In this document: piece after piece, positions 38,003 to 46,850 of the stretch | Layout of the letters: each line of letters begins with the position of its first letter | Numbering within the stretch: position 1 is the stretch's first letter | Origin: an uncultured cyanobacterium | GTDB taxonomy: Bacteria > Cyanobacteriota > Cyanobacteriia > Phormidesmidales > Phormidesmidaceae | Direction of reading: 5' to 3' | Length of the DNA stretch: 64,000 bases | Assembly (NCBI GenBank): GCA_963793265.1 | Contig: CAWBZI010000001.1 | Location: 1,024,001-1,088,000, forward strand | The notes under the pieces: generated by a model | Told to the model about the DNA's origin: nothing | What the model saw: only the letters and a program-made list of their open reading frames with translations | Database searches by the model: none | Program-made: the position numbers and the translations under genes

Positions 38003-40747
38003 CTAGGCTTCTTGCGCGTTCTTAGGATAGGAAATGCGCTTGTGGTTATGCTGCTGCCACACCTGGATAAATACGCTGGCAATCGTGTCCATATCGTCTC
38101 GGGCGAGGCCGCTGTCGATCAGCTGTCGGTTGCGCCAGCGAGCCCGCAAGATTTTATCGACCATGGTGTAGGCTTCGTCCATTGAGGCATCTGGTTTGAG
38201 CGATCGCAGCGCTGCCTCACAAGAATCAGCCAGCATCGTAATCCCAGTTTCCGGGCTTTGTGGAATCGGCCCGTCATAGCGAAAATCAGCCTCGCTAATC
38301 ACCAAACTAGGCTCTATGGTTTGCCTTTCTTTAGCCTGCTGATAAAAGTAGCTAATTCTCATATCCCCCTGATGCTCAGGAATAAACGCCCGAACTGCCT
38401 TGGGTAGCCGGTACTGGCGCGCCATCACAATGCCCTGAGTAACATGCTTTTTGATAATGCTGGCACTGCGCCAGGGGTCATTAATGATGTCGTGCTTGTT
38501 CGGTGCGCCCATCTGATTTTCAATGAAACCCTGAGGGTCGTGCATCTTGCCAATATCGTGATAGAGCGTACCGGCCCTCACCAGCTCTACATTTCGGCCT
38601 AAAGCACGCGCCGCCGCCTCAGCTAAATTAGCCACAAACATCGTGTGCTGAAACGTACCGGGTGCTTCAGCCGCTAGTCGCTTTAGCAGTGGGCGGTTGG
38701 GATTCGCCAGCTCAGCCAGGCGAATCGGGGTTACTACGTCAAAAAAGTGCTCCAGGTAAGGGCTTACGCCGAGTGCGACCACGCTCCAAGCAATGCCATA
38801 CAAGCCGTGCATGGCAGAGCCAACAAAGACAACTTTCCATAGCGGCGCAGTGGCCGATAAGCGCAACAGCGTTATCACCAGATAAGTACTGGCTTGAGTC
38901 AGTCCGACAAATCCGCCCAGCAGAGCAAACTCTTCCCTTGCCCTGAGCTGAGGGGCAATCCAGGTACCCACCATCGCCGCCGCCAGCCCTGCAACTAAAG
39001 GAATGCCACTAACCGGGGTGCCAATCGGCAGCGCCAAAGCAAGTAAGCTCACGACCGTTAACCCTAGCGCTGAGCCATAAAAGCTGCCAATCAACAAACC
39101 GACCGCTGGAAGTCCGGCAGACGGCACCCCGATCGCCGCTAGCGCAGCCACAATTAGGCAGAGCAGCAGCACCAGCAGATGATCGCGCTGGTTGATCTGG
39201 TGCACCTGATAGTGATCTACCCATAGGTAAAAGGCGGCTGCACTGGCTATTAATAGGCTGAAGCCACACAGCCCGATCCAGTTGAAGTAGCGGCTAGTCA
39301 AACCAAAATGATCCAATCGAGCAAAGTCAGCAGCATCAATAGTTTCACCAGCAAGCACAATTAAATCCCCTTTTTGCACAGACACCATTACCGGCGTAAT
39401 ATCTCTAACGGCCTGCTCGGCCTGCTGCTGAGTGCGCGTTTCGTCCGGGACTAGGTTAGGCACAAGCGCCGCTGATAGTACATCAGCAGCGAGCTGTTGC
39501 ACCGTCACATCCAAGTCGTCATCGACCCGATTTTCAATCGCATAGCGCATGACATCAGGCGGTAATCCGGGCGGAATACCTTGAGTCATCATCTCGTTGA
39601 AGATCTCTCGGGCAGTGGTTTCTAAGACAAACCACTGCGGTTCGCTTAGCTCAAACAAACGATAGTTATATAAAGGCTGGCCTTTGGTACTGGCAGCTCG
39701 AGCTAAGTCAGCAGCCGCCTTACGGTACTGCTGCCGGGGCACTTCAAGACGAGTTTTAAGCTGGGCTAGGCCCCGGTCACCGGCTAGCTCGCGGTAGGCA
39801 ACCAGCTCTCTAATAACTGCGAGCTGGTCAGGGAGAAAAGCACGGAGCTGAATCGTTAAGGTGGGAGAAAGAGGTACCGAGCGAGTAGGCTTAGCCGTTG
39901 AATCAGCCGAATCAGGCTCTGCGGAATTAGTATCATCGTCAGTACCGGTCTTCTCGGTAGTATCTTTGGTGACTTCTTCGGCCTCTTCAGTAGGAAGCGC
40001 CTGCTGACTAAAAGGCTCTAGCTGAGCGGCTGATAGATTGGTCATCTCAGCTAGTCGCCACACTGTCTTCCACTGCGGGTCTGAAACCTGAAAGAGAAAA
40101 TCTTGCGTGGGCCTAGAGATAATTTGTAAGTTGAGAAACGGCGGCGAGCCTGCCTGATCGCGTAGCTCACGACCCTGACGCAAAAGCGTTTCTAAAGAGC
40201 GCAAGGCTTCATTGGTTCGCTCAGTATCAATTTTGAGCACTGGCACCGCGCCGTCACGGGCATTATTTCGCCGCTGCTCTGTTTCTTTTTTATCCTCAAA
40301 AACAACGCTCTCAGGTGCGTAAAACGTTTGAGGCGATACCGACTTTACATCTAGCCCTGGCTGGCTATAAAAGCGCTGACCTAAGCAGGCGCTCAGCAAA
40401 AGGATAGCGAGTAGCGTCACTGTCCAAGTTCGCCGGGAAGTGTCTTTGGCGGTGCCCTTAGCAGTGATGCCTCGCCGCAGCAAGGTTTGCCCGGTAGAGC
40501 GTTTTATGGCGGTGGTGGGCGATCGCTTATGCCCTGACTTAGCCCTACCCTTAGAAACCGCCTGCGCGAGCCCTTCCACCACAAAAAACCGCCGAGTCCC
40601 ATCTACCCAAGGCGAACACCGCCGCTTGACCCGCCGCCGCAAATAGCGCCCAGGATGCTTCAATCGCAAGAATGACCGCGACCAAAGCTGATACATTCGA
40701 CTGGCAATATGACCCATAACGCCCATAGGCTCTACCAGGCTCCCCAA
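38003..40747 (-). CDS. 7TM-HD (HDIG) phosphohydrolase, PgpH-like; start uncertain
   Basis: EAPGTFQH, YHDIGK, IKKHV, EHQG, MLADSCEAA; seven-TM region and large extracellular domain. Confidence 0.9.
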   Translation of the reverse strand: MGSLVEPMGVMGHIASRMYQLWSRSFLRLKHPGRYLRRRVKRRCSPWVDGTRRFFVVEGLAQAVSKGRAKSGHKRSPTTAIKRSTGQTLLRRGITAKGTAKDTSRRTWTVTLLAILLLSACLGQRFYSQPGLDVKSVSPQTFYAPESVVFEDKKETEQRRNNARDGAVPVLKIDTERTNEALRSLETLLRQGRELRDQAGSPPFLNLQIISRPTQDFLFQVSDPQWKTVWRLAEMTNLSAAQLEPFSQQALPTEEAEEVTKDTTEKTGTDDDTNSAEPDSADSTAKPTRSVPLSPTLTIQLRAFLPDQLAVIRELVAYRELAGDRGLAQLKTRLEVPRQQYRKAAADLARAASTKGQPLYNYRLFELSEPQWFVLETTAREIFNEMMTQGIPPGLPPDVMRYAIENRVDDDLDVTVQQLAADVLSAALVPNLVPDETRTQQQAEQAVRDITPVMVSVQKGDLIVLAGETIDAADFARLDHFGLTSRYFNWIGLCGFSLLIASAAAFYLWVDHYQVHQINQRDHLLVLLLCLIVAALAAIGVPSAGLPAVGLLIGSFYGSALGLTVVSLLALALPIGTPVSGIPLVAGLAAAMVGTWIAPQLRAREEFALLGGFVGLTQASTYLVITLLRLSATAPLWKVVFVGSAMHGLYGIAWSVVALGVSPYLEHFFDVVTPIRLAELANPNRPLLKRLAAEAPGTFQHTMFVANLAEAAARALGRNVELVRAGTLYHDIGKMHDPQGFIENQMGAPNKHDIINDPWRSASIIKKHVTQGIVMARQYRLPKAVRAFIPEHQGDMRISYFYQQAKERQTIEPSLVISEADFRYDGPIPQSPETGITMLADSCEAALRSLKPDASMDEAYTMVDKILRARWRNRQLIDSGLARDDMDTIASVFIQVWQQHNHKRISYPKNAQEA

Positions 40748-40834
40748 TATTTAGGGAGGTGATCTGAACAGTTGCAAAGTAGAGGATGCGTCATGAGTTC
40801 AAGATTGTTGGGATTCGTGCTCTGTGCTTAATGC

Positions 40835-41752
40835 TCACTCGCTTTGAACACCCGCCCACTGCGCAAACAGGCTGTCGGCTATTCTCATCATCTCTGAGTA
40901 GTTAAACTTCGGATCACTTCGGCTACGCGCTTCATCGAAACTCAACCTATCTGCTAGCTGCCACAGCACTGGCAGCGAAGAATAACCACCCGCACAGCCC
41001 GATAGTAATCCAGCAATGACGGGGGCGATCGCCCCATACTGAGCTGACAAATACACCGCCGTCCTGTAGCTTTCCGGGTAGCTCAGCGCGCCTATCGCGC
41101 CGCCTATCAGCGCCGCCCCTTCTGACACACCCTCTAAGTAGAATGGCGATAAAGCACCAGCACTAGCATCTACCTGGGGTAGCTGCCTTGCCGAAATACT
41201 CGCTAAACTACTTCGATAGTATCGTCGCTGCTCGATAGACAGATCGCATCGCGTCAAACGATCTTCTAAACAAGCAAAGCTATACGCATCACACTCATAA
41301 CCACACAAAACAACTTCTAGCAAATCGCCCAGCAGCAGTGTGTGAACAATAGCCACATCATTAATTCGACCATTCGAGATTGCCTGCTGCCATCGGCGCT
41401 CCCAGCTATCGTGATAGCGCATTAATCCTGGAATAGCCGCCAGCAAAGTAAAGCGTTCGCCCTTTTTAGACAAGCTTCGATGAAAAGAAAGTTGCTGAAG
41501 AGGATTTGGCTGCGAGGTAAATAACTTCGTTTGCACCATTGCAAAATCAGCCGCCTTTCTTAGCTCACCTGTTAGCTCGCCCGTTAGATTGTCTGGATGA
41601 TCGCCCGTCGTACCTTGAGCTGTGTTTTGAGATGCGATCGCTAAAGCTGTAGGCACCATTCCTATGCCCAACAAGCCCCCTCTAAATCGGTCGAGCTGCC
41701 CGCCTGTCGGAGAGCTACTTCGCATAAGCCCTCTATAGTTGAGATTGACCAT
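40835..41752 (-). CDS. Degenerate ADP-ribosylglycohydrolase-like protein
   Basis: DRFRGGLLG at the N-terminus and IAGLLSG..GGYSSLP.LW at the C-terminus; metal-binding Asp motifs not visible. Confidence 0.6.
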   Translation of the reverse strand: MVNLNYRGLMRSSSPTGGQLDRFRGGLLGIGMVPTALAIASQNTAQGTTGDHPDNLTGELTGELRKAADFAMVQTKLFTSQPNPLQQLSFHRSLSKKGERFTLLAAIPGLMRYHDSWERRWQQAISNGRINDVAIVHTLLLGDLLEVVLCGYECDAYSFACLEDRLTRCDLSIEQRRYYRSSLASISARQLPQVDASAGALSPFYLEGVSEGAALIGGAIGALSYPESYRTAVYLSAQYGAIAPVIAGLLSGCAGGYSSLPVLWQLADRLSFDEARSRSDPKFNYSEMMRIADSLFAQWAGVQSE

Positions 41753-42006
41753 GGATATAACCCACCGTAGAGACAGGTCAAGGGGTTGGCTGGCGCAGCA
41801 AAAACTGGCCTATTTGGCAGCGGAATTGTATCCGTTTATATTGATATGGCTTACAGCACACTATGCACAAGGCTGAAGAAACTCGCAATGAGGCGATCAC
41901 ATACACATTCGTAAAACCACGCCTTATCAATTATTCCTGGCCAAATCACCGGCTACTGGCCTAACGATTTCTAGCTAAGCAACGGTAGCTAAACCCGACT
42001 AACCCA

Positions 42007-42681
42007 ATGACAACACACATAGATAAAACGCGCTTAAACAGATTGTCCTTTAGCCTTAGCTTCCTGAAAATGAGTCCGCTTAAATCCCTCACCGCGATCA
42101 CGCTAGGAACCCTGATTGCAAGCTTCACTGCTGCAGGACTAACCCGATCGGCCGCGATCGCCCAGGCCACCTATCCACTACTCTCCATCGGCAGCACCGG
42201 AGAAGCCGTCAGCCAACTGCAGGCAACGCTCAAGCTCTTGGGCTTTTACCAAGACGGTGTAGATGGCACCTACAGCCAGTCAACGCTAGAGGCAGTGGCC
42301 CAGTTTCAAGTTGCCGCAGGTATTTCTGCTGACGGCATCACTGGCCCTTCTACCTGGCAAAAGCTCCTGCCTGAGCCTGAGTCTATTAGCGCGATCGCAG
42401 CCCCTGCCGTTCAGCCAGCCCCAGCGGTAGAACCCGTTGCTGCTAGCAATCCAGAGCCGCTAGGCCCGCCTGTCTTGCGCATAGAAGCCGCAGGCCCTGC
42501 TGTCTCTCAGCTACAGAAAGAATTGCAAGAGCTAGGCTATTACGACGGCCCCATTGATGGCGGCTTTGGTGAGGCAACTCAGGCGGCTGTAGAGCAGTTT
42601 CAAACCGACCAGCAGCTCTTTGTTGATGGTGTTGTTGGCGAGTCAACTTGGGATGCCCTGTCGCAACAGCTTGATCGATAG
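42007..42681 (+). CDS. Secreted protein with two peptidoglycan-binding domains
   Basis: Two repeats of V.QLQ..L..LG.Y....DG.....T..AV.QFQ......DG..G.STW. Confidence 0.9.
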   Translation: MTTHIDKTRLNRLSFSLSFLKMSPLKSLTAITLGTLIASFTAAGLTRSAAIAQATYPLLSIGSTGEAVSQLQATLKLLGFYQDGVDGTYSQSTLEAVAQFQVAAGISADGITGPSTWQKLLPEPESISAIAAPAVQPAPAVEPVAASNPEPLGPPVLRIEAAGPAVSQLQKELQELGYYDGPIDGGFGEATQAAVEQFQTDQQLFVDGVVGESTWDALSQQLDR

Positions 42682-42709
42682 AGAACTAATTAATAGCGTT
42701 CAAACTAAA

Positions 42710-42745
42710 GGAAGCGGGCCGATCCATCAAAATCAGCCCGCTTCT
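42710..42745. terminator. Hairpin between convergent genes
   Basis: GAAGCGGGC.GAT...ATC.GCCCGCTTC. Confidence 0.65.
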
Positions 42746-42768
42746 CGTCTTAGATTTAGTCGAATGCT

Positions 42769-43020
42769 CTAGTCGAACCAAACGGGAAACTCACTCTCTA
42801 GCATGGCCGAGTCATAGCTATCGAAAGCAGAGCCTGCTTGCGTCATAAAGTTTAGATAGTCGCTCATCAGAAAGTAAACACCCACCATAGCAGCGGCAGA
42901 AGAGGCGACTAAAAAGCCTGCTAGCATCAGTGAAAATTCCTGATTTTCTACGGCCCTATCCATCAGGCGCAATGCCCAAAAGACCAAACCTATTACAATC
43001 GTCAAAATCAGAAAAATCAT
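42769..43020 (-). CDS. Small membrane protein
   Basis: Two hydrophobic segments, QEFSLMLAGFLVA. Confidence 0.7.
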   Translation of the reverse strand: MIFLILTIVIGLVFWALRLMDRAVENQEFSLMLAGFLVASSAAAMVGVYFLMSDYLNFMTQAGSAFDSYDSAMLESEFPVWFD

Positions 43021-43075
43021 TCGGGCAGATGTACCTACGTTAGAAGAAGTGGGACTCGGGTTTTCTTAAAAATCC

Positions 43076-43093
43076 TTTACATAGCTTAACAGA
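43076..43093. promoter_or_regulatory. HLR1-like (RpaB) site
   Basis: TTTACATA-gc-TTAACAGA direct repeat about 55 bp upstream of ORF 42769-43020. Confidence 0.5.
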
Positions 43094-43296
43094 TACAGCA
43101 GGAATTGCCGATGAGCATATGTGCTCATTCACCACCAATTATTTTCTTTGTCAAGCCCCGATTAGCATAGATATATCTCAATTCTTGGCGTGGACTTACA
43201 AAGCCGCTGCCCAGCTTTGACTATGCCGCTTCACAACAATAGTGCTCACTCCAGCAAAGTCTACCTTTTATAATGTTTTGTAAACATTTACTGGAT

Positions 43297-44079
43297 CTAC
43301 TGGCGAACGATCACTTTTTGGTCATGCAGATATTTTTTAATCTCGCCAACGCTGAGCTGCCCGTAATGCAGCAGAGATGCTAGCAGGGCGGCTTCTGCCT
43401 TGCCTGCCGTTAGCGCCTGGTAAATGTGTTCGCAGTTGCCAGCGCCGCCAGAGGCAATCACCGGAACACTAACCTTGCTGGCGATCGCCTCCGTCAGCGT
43501 CAGGTCGTATCCAGCCTGAGTACCATCGGCGTCCATGCTCGTAATCAGCAGCTCGCCTGCCCCTCTAGCCACTACATCAGCGGCCCATTCCACCGCGTCT
43601 AGGCCCGTATTTTCCCTGCCGCCGCGCACAAACACATCCCAGCCCGGTTTAGCATCCGGGCTATCCGGGTTGACCTCACGCCTTCTCGCGTCGATGGCGA
43701 CCACAATACACTGCGCCCCAAAGCGATCGCTCGCCCGGTTAATCAAATCAGGATCGCGCACCGCCGCCGAATTAATACTAATTTTGTCAGCGCCTGCCCG
43801 TAAAAGCTTTTTAATCGTGTCTACCGAGCTAATGCCACCGCCCACCGTCAGCGGAATAAACACCTGCTCAGCGGTGCGGTACACCACGTCATAAATCACG
43901 CCGCGATCTTCGTGCGTCGCGGTGATATCTAAAAACACCAGTTCGTCAGCGCCTGCCTCGTTATAGACCTTGGCAAGCTCTACCGGATCGCCTGCGTCTT
44001 TGAGATCGACGAAATTTACGCCTTTGACCACGCGGCCCGCTTTAACATCAAGACAAGGGAGAATTCGTTTAGCAAGCAT
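43297..44079 (-). CDS. hisF: Imidazole glycerol phosphate synthase cyclase subunit
   Basis: [40 protein letters not shown]. Confidence 0.98.
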   Translation of the reverse strand: MLAKRILPCLDVKAGRVVKGVNFVDLKDAGDPVELAKVYNEAGADELVFLDITATHEDRGVIYDVVYRTAEQVFIPLTVGGGISSVDTIKKLLRAGADKISINSAAVRDPDLINRASDRFGAQCIVVAIDARRREVNPDSPDAKPGWDVFVRGGRENTGLDAVEWAADVVARGAGELLITSMDADGTQAGYDLTLTEAIASKVSVPVIASGGAGNCEHIYQALTAGKAEAALLASLLHYGQLSVGEIKKYLHDQKVIVRQ

Positions 44080-44206
44080 TTTTACCTAAATTTTGAATCC
44101 AGTTATAAAAAGGGAGCGGGGGGAACGCCGAGGCGCTGATAAACTTAATGTTGGCTAAATAACTGGCCGAGAGTAGGACATTTCAGTAAGGATACATTTT
44201 TTAAAC

Positions 44207-44410
44207 ATGGATTTGGAAATTGGGCAACGGGTTCAGGTTCGTCGAATGCGCGATCGCGTGGCCAAGTCACTCGCCGCTCGCCTGGGCAAAACCGGAACCG
44301 TCAAGGACTTTAAAGTACTCGACGGTCAAAATATTGGCGTACTCATCGCGTTTGAAGCTGACGACTATACCACCTGGTTTTTTGAAGACGAGCTTCGAGC
44401 GGTTGAGTAG
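44207..44410 (+). CDS. petP: Cytochrome b6f subunit PetP (DUF2862)
   Basis: EIGQRV.V.RMRDRV, F...DG..IG, WFFEDEL. Confidence 0.85.
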   Translation: MDLEIGQRVQVRRMRDRVAKSLAARLGKTGTVKDFKVLDGQNIGVLIAFEADDYTTWFFEDELRAVE

Positions 44411-44469
44411 CACTCTTTGAACAGAGCCCTCGCAAATCCGACAGACAACACACTCACAAATACATCACT

Positions 44470-45597
44470 ATGACGCTGATTCTGACGTTCCTGGGTAAAG
44501 GCGGTACGGGCCGATCTACGGTGGCGATTGCCGCAGCCCAAAAGCTATCAGCCGAAGGCAAGCGCGTGCTGCTCGTGTCACAGCAGGCCGGGCCTGCGCT
44601 CTCAATGCTGCTCGGCGCAAAAGTGGGCGCAGAAGCTGGCCCCGTGACAGTATCGGGCTCAAGCTTCCAGGTCGTGCAGCTCCAGACTACCGCGCTAGTA
44701 GATGACAACTGGGAGAAGCTCAAAAGCTTTGAGGCGCAGTACCTCAGAGATCCTTTTTTCAAGGCGGTGTACGGCCAGGAGCTGAGCGTAGTGCCGGGGA
44801 TGGATGACTTTTTAGCGCTCAATGCGATTCGCGAGTATACCGAAAGCAATCAGTACGATGTGATTGTGCACGATGGCACAGACGGCCAGGCAATCTTGAG
44901 GATGTGGGGCGCAATTGGTGGCATTGACTGGTACTTCCGCCGCTTCAAAAAGGTCTTTCAAGACTCTCAGTTTTACCGCTCTATCTCGCCTTTTATCGCC
45001 CCGATCACGGGCGCGATTTTGAGCAGCGGCATGTCAGGTGATATTTGGAATCAGCCAGCGACGCAGAGTGTGGAAGGCATGGTAGCTAAAGGTAAAGCGA
45101 TGGTGCGCGATGCGACGCAGCTTCGGGCCTATGTGGTGACAACTGACGATGAGATTGCGATCGCCCAGGGCAAATATCTTTGGAGCGCGGCTCAGCAAAT
45201 CGGCCTCACGGTAGCAGGTACTTTGGTCAATTCACCTTATGCAGGCGCAGACAGCCAGGCTGAGTCTGCAACTACGGCCTTTTTACCCATTCCCGTCTCA
45301 ACACTGCCCTACAGCTCGGGCGAAGGAAAATGGCAAACTATAGCCTCAGCGCTTCCAGCCCTAACCGAATCCGTGAGCGTTCCAAACGCTATGAGTGTAG
45401 ACACCAGCGCCAGCACCGTTAAACTATTTCTACCCGGCTTTGATAAAACCCAGGTCAAGCTCACGCAGTACGGCCCAGAAGTGACTGTGCAAGCAGGCGA
45501 TCAGCGGCATAATTTATCTTTGCCCCCTGCGCTTAATGGGCGATCGGTCACAGGCGCAAAGTTTCAAGACGGCTATTTGATTGTTTCTTTCGGTTAA
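44470..45597 (+). CDS. ArsA/Get3-family ATPase with C-terminal alpha-crystallin-like domain (Get3d type)
   Basis: TFLGKGGTGRST, VYGQEL...PGMD, LFLPGFDK..VKLTQYGPE, GAKF. Confidence 0.88.
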   Translation: MTLILTFLGKGGTGRSTVAIAAAQKLSAEGKRVLLVSQQAGPALSMLLGAKVGAEAGPVTVSGSSFQVVQLQTTALVDDNWEKLKSFEAQYLRDPFFKAVYGQELSVVPGMDDFLALNAIREYTESNQYDVIVHDGTDGQAILRMWGAIGGIDWYFRRFKKVFQDSQFYRSISPFIAPITGAILSSGMSGDIWNQPATQSVEGMVAKGKAMVRDATQLRAYVVTTDDEIAIAQGKYLWSAAQQIGLTVAGTLVNSPYAGADSQAESATTAFLPIPVSTLPYSSGEGKWQTIASALPALTESVSVPNAMSVDTSASTVKLFLPGFDKTQVKLTQYGPEVTVQAGDQRHNLSLPPALNGRSVTGAKFQDGYLIVSFG

Positions 45598-45627
45598 TTC
45601 AGTTAGCAAAAAACAGAGGGATTTTAT

Positions 45628-46644
45628 ATGGCTGAAGAAAAGCTGTCAGAACCGATATCAGTAGAAGAAGCCGCAGCCGTAGCCAAAGCAGGTAGCGGCA
45701 AAGCGCGGCAAATGCTTGGCATGAAAGGTGCCCAGGCTGGTGAAACGTCCATCTGGAAAATTCGCCTCCAGCTCATGAAGGCAATTACCTGGATTCCGTT
45801 AATTTGGGGCGTTGTCTGCGGCGCGGCCTCATCAGGCAAGTTCACTTGGTCAGTTGAAAACGTGCTGATTTCAGCCGCCTGTATGCTGATGTCTGGCCCG
45901 CTGCTTACCGGCTACACCCAAACGATCAACGACTACTACGACCGCGATCTTGACGCCATCAACGAGCCCAATCGTCCGATTCCCTCGGGCGCGATTTCAT
46001 TAGGCCAGGTGCGCGTGCAAATTTGGGTGCTGCTGCTCAGTGGTTTAGCCGTGTCCTACGCATTGGACATATGGGCAGGTCACGAATTCCCAACATTATT
46101 CGCCCTAGCTGTGGGCGGATCTTTCATCTCTTATATATACTCAGCCCCGCCGCTGAAGCTGAAGCAAAACGGCTGGGCTGGCAACTATGCTCTAGGCGCT
46201 AGCTACATCGCCTTACCTTGGTGGGCCGGTCATGCACTGTTTGGTGAGCTGAACTGGACGGTGGTGATTTTGACGCTGATCTACAGCATGGCAGGGTTAG
46301 GGATTGCGGTAGTCAATGACTTTAAGGCGGTAGAGGGCGATCGCCAGCTCGGGCTTAATTCACTCCCGGTTATGTTTGGCGTTCAAACTGCCGCCTGGAT
46401 TTGTGTGCTGATGATCGATATCTTTCAGGGGGGCATGGCCGCGTATTTGATTGCTATTCACAAGAATCTGTACGCAGTGCTGCTGATTTTGCTGATTATT
46501 CCGCAAATTACATTTCAAGATATGTACTTTCTCCGGGATCCGCTCGAAAACGATGTCAAGTATCAGGCCAGTGCTCAACCCTTTTTGGTGTTAGGGATGC
46601 TGGTCACGGCACTAGCGTTAGGTCACAGCGCTTTAGTAAGCTAG
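45628..46644 (+). CDS. chlG: Chlorophyll synthase
   Basis: ARQMLGMKGA, NDYYDRDLDAINEP.RPIPSG, NDFKAVEGDR, DVKYQASAQPF. Confidence 0.97.
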   Translation: MAEEKLSEPISVEEAAAVAKAGSGKARQMLGMKGAQAGETSIWKIRLQLMKAITWIPLIWGVVCGAASSGKFTWSVENVLISAACMLMSGPLLTGYTQTINDYYDRDLDAINEPNRPIPSGAISLGQVRVQIWVLLLSGLAVSYALDIWAGHEFPTLFALAVGGSFISYIYSAPPLKLKQNGWAGNYALGASYIALPWWAGHALFGELNWTVVILTLIYSMAGLGIAVVNDFKAVEGDRQLGLNSLPVMFGVQTAAWICVLMIDIFQGGMAAYLIAIHKNLYAVLLILLIIPQITFQDMYFLRDPLENDVKYQASAQPFLVLGMLVTALALGHSALVS

Positions 46645-46850
46645 TGATCTAGTTGAGCTATATATTGTTGAGTGGTCAGTTAAGGAAGCGAATCTTGGGG
46701 CGATCGCCCAGCTAGCCAATCGTGGTAGCATCTACGCGCCGTGCCTTGCAGAACATACTGCTTTCTTGGGACTTCTTTGATTTCTGTAAGGCGTGCGGCA
46801 ATATATCAGTTTTATTTAATGACGGCCTACCGTCTGGAGAATCTTTTTAA

